From the NCBI GenBank assembly GCA_017609205.1, contig JAFCEL010000001.1, forward strand, positions 180,001 through 212,000: a stretch of 32,000 bases of DNA, in the 5' to 3' direction. Below, piece by piece: positions 1-5,155 of the stretch. The notes under the pieces were generated by a model. The model was not told the origin of the DNA. It searched no databases and worked only from the letters and a program-made list of their open reading frames with translations. The translations under genes were made by a program, and so were the position numbers. Positions within the stretch are counted from its first letter, which is position 1, and each line of letters starts with the position of its first letter. The stretch is from Candidatus Saccharimonadota bacterium. Its GTDB lineage: Archaea > Nanobdellota > Nanobdellia > Pacearchaeales > GW2011-AR1.

Positions 1-35
1 ATACATTACTAAATATAAAGAGATCAAAAAATGAA

Positions 36-117
36 TAGGGTAAGTGCGTCCGTCAATCCTACTAACCGCATCAAGAGCAAGCTCCAGCACGGGGTTCGTC
101 AGGTCGCGTTTCCCTAT
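36..117 (-). ncRNA. candidate small structured RNA, class unknown
   Basis: An ~80-nt island is clearly more GC-rich than its AT-rich flanks, as is the tRNA at 15344-15415. The termini pair (ATAGGG/CCCTAT plus AA/TT and TGCG/CGCG, ~12 bp). On the minus strand an internal GGAG-CUUG-CUCU hairpin and a CCGUG/UGCGG helix fold using G.U pairs, which favours minus-strand transcription. No tRNA cloverleaf fits. Confidence 0.3.
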
Positions 118-201
118 GTATTATTTACTACTCACTACTATTTAAATTTTATGACTATGGATATTTTAAATAAATTTTGAATATGTTGAGGGGGTGTGAA
201 T

Positions 202-1044
202 ATGGTAAGATTTATCAATAAAAATTTAAAGTCTCATTCTTATACCTCAAGTGAACCTTTAAATTCTTTAATGGACAACATTGTTCAATCCGAAATAGCT
301 AAATTATTGGCATTTCACTTTAGAGATTTTGGGAAGAAATCTAGTACTGATCTTACTCATTTGCTTCAGAAAACAACAATACAATTAGGATTATCTTCTC
401 CAAGGGAAGTGGATTTCTGGTTTGGATCTGGGCAAATAAGCGTTAAAGAGTTTTTTTTGTTAATTGAACTTATCCTTGAGACTTATGTAGAAAGCAATAA
501 AAGATGGTTAGAAGAATCATACATTCTAGATTTTGTAAATGATATTAATGATTTTTTTCTTATCCATAAAGTTCCCTTATCAATTAGATATTTTTCAAAT
601 AAAAAAGAATTTTATGTTGAAAAAATAATTTCTCCTGAAATTAGTAAAGAAATCAAAAAAACTTTAGAAGATTTCTCAAAGGAGGAAAAAGTGTTTGAGG
701 ATTTTAAGGAGGCTATTAAAAAATATAGTTCTGGAAATTATGAAGGTTCTATTGAAAAATGTTGTGTTTCAATTGAAGATTATCTCTGCATTCTTTTAGA
801 GAAAAAAACATGCTCTAGTATTGACAAGTATTATAAAGATATTGCTAAGAGGTTAAAAATTCCTGAAGATTTAAATGATAGATTCACAAATATCATACAT
901 TACATCCATAAACACAGATCTCATCAAAACCATGGATCTATTGAGAAGAAGGTAATTGAAGATATTGAATTGATTAATGAAATTATTATTGGATTTACAA
1001 TGACTATTTTAAATTATTTGAAAAAGAAAAATGAAAAAAGTTAA
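202..1044 (+). CDS. AbiJ-like abortive-infection protein with C-terminal HEPN (Abi_C-type) domain
   Basis: The C-terminal ~110 aa match the Abi_C pattern (FEDFKEAIKKYSSGNYEGSIEKCCVSIEDYL ... IHKHRSHQNHGS). An R-x4-H HEPN motif sits at R241/H246 (nt 916-933). ATG 202 lies 7 nt after GAGGGGG; the ORF track starts at GTG 196. The gene overlaps the next ORF by 14 nt. Confidence 0.6.
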   Translation: MVRFINKNLKSHSYTSSEPLNSLMDNIVQSEIAKLLAFHFRDFGKKSSTDLTHLLQKTTIQLGLSSPREVDFWFGSGQISVKEFFLLIELILETYVESNKRWLEESYILDFVNDINDFFLIHKVPLSIRYFSNKKEFYVEKIISPEISKEIKKTLEDFSKEEKVFEDFKEAIKKYSSGNYEGSIEKCCVSIEDYLCILLEKKTCSSIDKYYKDIAKRLKIPEDLNDRFTNIIHYIHKHRSHQNHGSIEKKVIEDIELINEIIIGFTMTILNYLKKKNEKS

Positions 1045-1282
1045 AGAGAAAACTGAAGATCTGCCAGATTGGATTAAATTAATCTTTAAATGGGTTTTTC
1101 TTTTAGCAGGAGTTCCTAGTCTCTCCTATGTTTTTTTATGGGCCTCTGTTCAAAGTGCTTTTGAAGCTGCAACAACAGGTTGGCAAATTTTTCTGGGATT
1201 TAGTCTTTTTAGTATTTTTCTGGGATATATTTATTTTTCAATTAAATATTTAGTCGAAGAAACTATTGGTTATTTTAAATGA
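1031..1282 (+). CDS. small 2-TM membrane protein, unknown function
   Basis: 83 aa with two hydrophobic helices (WVFLLAGVPSLSYVFLWA and IFLGFSLFSIFLGYIYF). It overlaps the upstream HEPN gene and overlaps hsdS by ATGA. Confidence 0.5.
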   Translation: MKKVKEKTEDLPDWIKLIFKWVFLLAGVPSLSYVFLWASVQSAFEAATTGWQIFLGFSLFSIFLGYIYFSIKYLVEETIGYFK

Positions 1283-2724
1283 AAATTAATTTTATTCCTC
1301 TAACTTTTATTAAATCTCAAGAAGATTTGAATTTCCAAATAAGAAATACCTTAATAATGAAGAAGATTTTAGAAAAGTTTAGTGATGAAAAAGAATTAAA
1401 AGAACTTCTAAAAAAAACACAATATGGATTTACTACTTCAGCAAAAAAGGAAGGGAGATATAAATTTCTTAGAATTACTGATTTAAAAAATGGAAAAGTT
1501 GATTGGGAGAATGTTCCTTCTTGTGATGGAGATTGTAATAATTATTTATTAAAAGGAGGGGATATTGTGATAGCAAGAACAGGAAATAATAAAAGTTTTC
1601 TTATTAAAGATGTTCCAAATAATGCTATTTTTGCAAGTTATCTTATAAAATTAGAAGTTAATAGAAAAGTTTTACTTCCCGAATATCTATATATGTTTTT
1701 GAATAGTTATTTGTTTTGGAGCCAAGTTTTAAAAATGCAAACAGGGACTACTCTTTCTAATGTTAATGGAGAAAAGTTGAAAAAATTAAGGATTCCTTAT
1801 TGTCCAATTAAAGAGCAAGAAAGGATAGTTAAAGGAAATTTTGATAAAAACCTTAAAGAAGTAATAAAAAAGGTTGAAGATTTTTTAATTAGTAAAGAAA
1901 AATTGGCATTAAATTCTCAAAAAGACCATGAACTCTTAAAGAAACTCAAACAATCAATCCTCCAAGAAGCTGTTCAGGGAAAACTCGTTCCGCAAGATCC
2001 AAAAGATGAACCTGCATCAGAGTTGTTGAAAAAAATTAAGAGAGAAAAAGAAAAGCTAATTAAAGAAGGGAAAATCAAAAAACAAAAGCCCTTGCCACAA
2101 ATTGAAGAGGATGAGATTCCTTATAAATTGCCTAAGGGTTGGGTTTGGGTGAGGTTGGGGGATATCACAGAGGTTTATACAGGAAATAGCATATCTAAGA
2201 GTATTAAAGAAACAAAATATACGAATCTACCCGAAGGTTATAATTATATTTCTACTAAAGATGTTAAATTTAATGGGTTGGTTAATTATGAGACTGGAGT
2301 AAAAATTCCTTTTAATGAAAAGAAATTTAAAATTGCTAAATCAAATTCTACTTTAATTTGTATTGAAGGGGGAAGTGCTGGAAAGAAAATTGCCAAAATT
2401 AATGAGGATGTGTGTTTTGGGAATAAATTATGTTCTATTAGTTCTATAGTTACTAATTGTGATTATACTCTTTTTTACATTAATAGCCCTGTTTTTAAAT
2501 CGTTTTTCTTTGTAAAAATGAATGGTATTATTGGAGGCGTGGGAGTTAATAAAATAAAATCTCTTCTGTTTCCACTCCCTCCCCTAGCCGAGCAAAAACG
2601 AATTGTTGCCAAAGTTGATGAATTAATGAAATATTGTGATAAGTTGGAAGAGAAAATAAAACAAAATAAAGAATATTCTGAAAAGTTGATGGGGGCTGTT
2701 TTGAGAGAGAGTTTTGAAAAATGA
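1279..2724 (+). CDS. hsdS: type I restriction-modification specificity subunit HsdS
   Basis: Two target-recognition domains are separated by a long central coiled-coil region (LKQSILQEAVQGKLVPQDPKDEPASELLKKIKREKEKL). Conserved HsdS motifs are present: IPYCPIKEQERIV and LPPLAEQKRIVAKVDELM. The second TRD starts with LPKGWVWVRLGDI. Confidence 0.9.
   Translation: MKINFIPLTFIKSQEDLNFQIRNTLIMKKILEKFSDEKELKELLKKTQYGFTTSAKKEGRYKFLRITDLKNGKVDWENVPSCDGDCNNYLLKGGDIVIARTGNNKSFLIKDVPNNAIFASYLIKLEVNRKVLLPEYLYMFLNSYLFWSQVLKMQTGTTLSNVNGEKLKKLRIPYCPIKEQERIVKGNFDKNLKEVIKKVEDFLISKEKLALNSQKDHELLKKLKQSILQEAVQGKLVPQDPKDEPASELLKKIKREKEKLIKEGKIKKQKPLPQIEEDEIPYKLPKGWVWVRLGDITEVYTGNSISKSIKETKYTNLPEGYNYISTKDVKFNGLVNYETGVKIPFNEKKFKIAKSNSTLICIEGGSAGKKIAKINEDVCFGNKLCSISSIVTNCDYTLFYINSPVFKSFFFVKMNGIIGGVGVNKIKSLLFPLPPLAEQKRIVAKVDELMKYCDKLEEKIKQNKEYSEKLMGAVLRESFEK
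2664..2724 (+). repeat. direct repeat copy 1 (authentic hsdS 3' end)
   Basis: About 61 nt encoding NKEYSEKLMGAVLRESFEK*. It is repeated imperfectly at 3269-3328. Confidence 0.85.
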
Positions 2725-3248
2725 GTGGTGATCTTTTAAAATACCTTCCGGGAATAATTATCTCATTTTCTACAATTTCATTGGCAATTTTAATTCCTAT
2801 TTTAGAAAGACGAAATAAAATCTTAAGAAAAAAAGTTTTAGATTGTGAAGAGAAAATAAGCAGAGAGAAATTGAATCTTATTCTCGATTCTATCCAAAAA
2901 TCAAAAGTTGCATCAATACATGGGACCCAAGTTATTTTAGAAGAATTAAAGTCTAGTAAAAAAAAGATTTTTGATAAGGCTATGAAAAATTTATCGGTGA
3001 ATAATCTTAATGCCCTATTGAAAGGCAAAGTTAATTCAAAAGAGCTATACTCTAAAACTGATGAAAAATTAATAGAATTAATCAAGCAAAACTTTAGGAT
3101 TAATATAGAAAAAGTGAACAAAGAAGTTAAACAGCAAAAAATGTTAAAGGAAAGCCTCTCAAAATTAGAAAGGAATAAGTTTATTATTTACATATCTCTG
3201 ATGATCATTCAATCTTTTGGATTAATATTAAATCAATTCTTAATCTAA
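2721..3248 (+). CDS. TM - coiled-coil - TM membrane protein, unknown function
   Basis: 175 aa. N-terminal TM (LPGIIISFSTISLAILIPIL), Lys/Glu-rich central coiled-coil, and C-terminal TM (FIIYISLMIIQSFGLILNQFLI). ATGA overlap with the hsdS stop. The gene is flanked by the hsdS 3'-end direct repeat. Confidence 0.5.
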   Translation: MSGDLLKYLPGIIISFSTISLAILIPILERRNKILRKKVLDCEEKISREKLNLILDSIQKSKVASIHGTQVILEELKSSKKKIFDKAMKNLSVNNLNALLKGKVNSKELYSKTDEKLIELIKQNFRINIEKVNKEVKQQKMLKESLSKLERNKFIIYISLMIIQSFGLILNQFLI

Positions 3249-3268
3249 ACTATTTTTGAATAAAGAGC

Positions 3269-3328
3269 AAATAAAAAATACTCTCAAAAGTTGATGGGGC
3301 TGTTTTGAGGGAGAGTTTTGAAGATTAA
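3269..3328 (+). pseudogene. relic of an hsdS 3' end (direct repeat copy 2)
   Basis: Aligns to 2664-2724 with a few substitutions and a 1-nt deletion in the G-run. It still reads NKKYSQKLMG, then in the shifted frame AVLRESFED*. No upstream hsdS body is attached. Confidence 0.75.
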
Positions 3329-3329
3329 T

Positions 3330-3713
3330 TTACCATCTTCCAATACTTCTTTGTAAACCCCGAGAATAAGATCTTACAGATTTCAAAGGAACTCCAAATA
3401 AAAATAAGACTCCTGCAATAATTAATGCAATAATAATAAATCCTTCTGGATTTTCATTTAGTAAGTTTATGAAAAAATTTCCTGATTTTTTTTCTGCATT
3501 TGATTTTGGATCTAAATTATTTATATCTTTAGATAGTTGGTAGGAGTTATTTAATACCTCTATTTTATCTTGCTCTGAAAGTTCGTTAACGATTTCATCT
3601 TTAGCTTGTTCTTTTATAGGATTAATTACTGACAAAATAGCTAGAAGAATCATTACTCCAAATACTAATCCTACTAATTTATTATATTTGTAAAAAGTAA
3701 ATGCTGGAGGCAT
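3330..3713 (-). CDS. TM - linker - TM membrane protein, unknown function (last gene of the 4-gene operon)
   Basis: N-terminal TM (LVGLVFGVMILLAILSV) and C-terminal TM (FIIIALIIAGVLFLFGV). The ORF track starts at 3731, but ATG 3713 lies 1 nt after the stop of the upstream Zn-ribbon ORF and ~8 nt after GGAGGAGG. Confidence 0.5.
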   Translation of the reverse strand: MPPAFTFYKYNKLVGLVFGVMILLAILSVINPIKEQAKDEIVNELSEQDKIEVLNNSYQLSKDINNLDPKSNAEKKSGNFFINLLNENPEGFIIIALIIAGVLFLFGVPLKSVRSYSRGLQRSIGRW

Positions 3714-3714
3714 T

Positions 3715-3873
3715 CTAATTTCCTCCTCCACTAGTCATTTCACAAGCACAATGTTGTATTTCATTACATCCAGAGAATCTACAACCTTTCTCTTTTGGTC
3801 TTCCGCATTTCCAACAGTGTCTTGTATGCTGTTTACTTATCTTTTTATGTCTTCTAAATGTTCTTTGATCCAT
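3715..3873 (-). CDS. small Cys-rich zinc-ribbon-like protein (52 aa)
   Basis: Hand translation gives MDQRTFRRHKKISKQHTRHCWKCGRPKEKGCRFSGCNEIQHCACEMTSGGGN*. It has a CxxC pair plus further Cys/His and a basic N-terminus. It fills the gap between two coupled genes exactly (1-nt spacers on both sides). It is below the ORF-track length cutoff. Confidence 0.4.
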   Translation of the reverse strand: MDQRTFRRHKKISKQHTRHCWKCGRPKEKGCRFSGCNEIQHCACEMTSGGGN

Positions 3874-3874
3874 T

Positions 3875-4114
3875 TTAAAACCTAGGTAAGTTATCTAAAT
3901 TATTTGTCCAGTATCCATCGGCGTGGGTTCTTATCCATTTTTCTTTATAGATGCCTATAGGAATCTCTGAGTTTCCCTCTTTTACATAAAATGAATCAAC
4001 CTTTTTATTTATTCTTTCTACAACCTGAAAAGTTGTTAAAATTAAGTCATAAGTTTTAACTGCAATTATATTGTCATTCTTATCTTTTCTTACATGTGTA
4101 ATATATCGTTTCAT
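3875..4114 (-). CDS. DUF3892 domain protein
   Basis: 79 aa matching the DUF3892 pattern along its full length (YITHVRKD..NIIAVKT....F.VVERINK...FYV......IPIGIYKEKWIRTHADGYWTNNLDNLPRF). Confidence 0.7.
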   Translation of the reverse strand: MKRYITHVRKDKNDNIIAVKTYDLILTTFQVVERINKKVDSFYVKEGNSEIPIGIYKEKWIRTHADGYWTNNLDNLPRF

Positions 4115-4401
4115 CTTCCTTTGTTTCTGTATCCTTTTTTTCTCATCCTTTTATTTATTGAACCATCTTTATTCCACATTTCTACAATAGCACGACCATA
4201 TCTATCTATTGCAATTTTCTTGACTTTTACAAACCCCTTAGTTCTTCCAGTCATTCCTGCGGCTGTTCTTGTTGCAGTAGACCCTCCAAATTGATGTTTC
4301 TCATGTGCTCTTACTCCTTTTAGTCTGAATCTAGTTCCATCAGTAAAAACTCCACTATCTCCATCATCCCATTCTCTTATTCTTTTTCTTTGGATTGCCA
4401 T
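4111..4401 (-). CDS. minimal SNase-like (thermonuclease OB-fold) protein with altered active site
   Basis: 96 aa, colinear with the staphylococcal nuclease core: DDGDS (DGDT), FRLKGVRAHE (FRLLLVDTPE), IDRYGRAIVEMW..DGS (TDKYGRGLAYIY.DGK). The Ca-binding Asp of VDTPE is replaced by Arg. ATGA overlap with the DUF3892 gene. Confidence 0.5.
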   Translation of the reverse strand: MAIQRKRIREWDDGDSGVFTDGTRFRLKGVRAHEKHQFGGSTATRTAAGMTGRTKGFVKVKKIAIDRYGRAIVEMWNKDGSINKRMRKKGYRNKGR

Positions 4402-4430
4402 TTTTATCTATCTTTTTTAATTCTTTTGTG

Positions 4431-4438
4431 TTTATAAA
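4431..4438 (-). promoter_or_regulatory. putative archaeal TATA box for the minus-strand 4-gene operon
   Basis: Palindromic TTTATAAA lies 30 nt upstream of ATG 4401, implying a very short leader. Confidence 0.3.
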
Positions 4439-4477
4439 TCTTTTGGAAAGTGGAATTAATATTTCCACAAGATAAAA

Positions 4478-4485
4478 TTTATAAA
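4478..4485 (+). promoter_or_regulatory. putative archaeal TATA box for the Csa3-like regulator gene
   Basis: An identical palindromic TTTATAAA ends 22 nt upstream of ATG 4507. This fits a leaderless transcript and argues against the GTG 4450 start. Confidence 0.3.
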
Positions 4486-4506
4486 GACATTACACCCATT
4501 TTAAAT

Positions 4507-5139
4507 ATGAAAAAAGAGAGGGTATTAATTAGTAGTATCTTTAGTTCAAATACAATAAAACAATTAGTTCTTAGAACATCTCCTTCCTTATTGATCTTAG
4601 TTGTAGAAAAAAATTTATTTAAATCTAAGAATGAGGATGAACTGAAAAAGATAAATGCTATAAAACAAATTCAACAAAGTTTAAGCGATATAATAAAAAT
4701 AGAAATCCTAGAGACAAAATCTCTTTATGATTTATACGAAATAACAAAAGATGTTGTTAATCAGATTGATAAACTAAAAAACCAGGATATAATTTTGAAC
4801 ATTAGTGAAGGGAGAAAAACTCTTGCTTTTGGGATGTATTTTGCTGGGCAACTTAGAAAGGAAAAAGTATCTTCAGTATATTACTTAATCAAGGAAGATA
4901 ACACCCTCCTTAAAATGCCTTTGCCAGATTTCAATATCAATAAAGTCCAAAAAAACATACTCCTTATGATAAAAAATACAAAAAAAGATATAAAGGAGTT
5001 AAGAACTAAAATAGAAAAAGAGGGGAAATCTAAAAGTCTTTTTTATAAATATATAAAGCAACTAGAAGAAGAAGGTTATATTGAAATGCAAGAGAATAAA
5101 TTAGAGATAACAAATATGGGAAAAATGGTTTTGCTTTAA
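4507..5139 (+). CDS. Csa3-like CARF (Rossmann-like) plus C-terminal winged-HTH transcriptional regulator
   Basis: The architecture and motif order resemble Csa3. There is an N-terminal strand (RVLISSIFSS), a second strand (SLLILVVEK), a ligand-pocket-like motif NISEGRKTLAFGMYFAG (cf. DLTMGMR in Csa3), and a C-terminal wHTH (KNILLMIKNTKKDIKELRTKI......YKYIKQLEEEGYIE). The ORF track starts at GTG 4450. Confidence 0.5.
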   Translation: MKKERVLISSIFSSNTIKQLVLRTSPSLLILVVEKNLFKSKNEDELKKINAIKQIQQSLSDIIKIEILETKSLYDLYEITKDVVNQIDKLKNQDIILNISEGRKTLAFGMYFAGQLRKEKVSSVYYLIKEDNTLLKMPLPDFNINKVQKNILLMIKNTKKDIKELRTKIEKEGKSKSLFYKYIKQLEEEGYIEMQENKLEITNMGKMVLL

Positions 5140-5155
5140 TTTTTACATAATCTCC

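Noticed and set aside
36-117. tRNA, split-tRNA half or 5S rRNA identity for the GC-rich element
   Set aside because: No 7-bp acceptor plus T-arm (GTTCRANNC) or D-arm can be drawn on either strand. The element is ~40 nt shorter than a 5S rRNA despite two short 5S-like strings.
31-183. 50-codon ORF (MNRVSASVNPTNRIKSKLQHGVRQVAFPYV...) covering the GC-rich island
   Set aside because: Its GC-rich codon choice (gcg, tcc, gtc, cgc, ctc, ggg) is unlike every confident gene here, and the region folds into a long terminal helix. An RNA element is more likely, but not proven.
2546-3121. 191-aa minus-strand ORF
   Set aside because: It lies antisense to the hsdS 3' end and the 175-aa gene. It has a low-complexity Phe/Ile/Leu/Ser composition typical of shadow ORFs in AT-rich DNA.
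4094-4294. 66-aa plus-strand ORF
   Set aside because: It is antisense to the SNase-like gene, which has a recognisable fold pattern.
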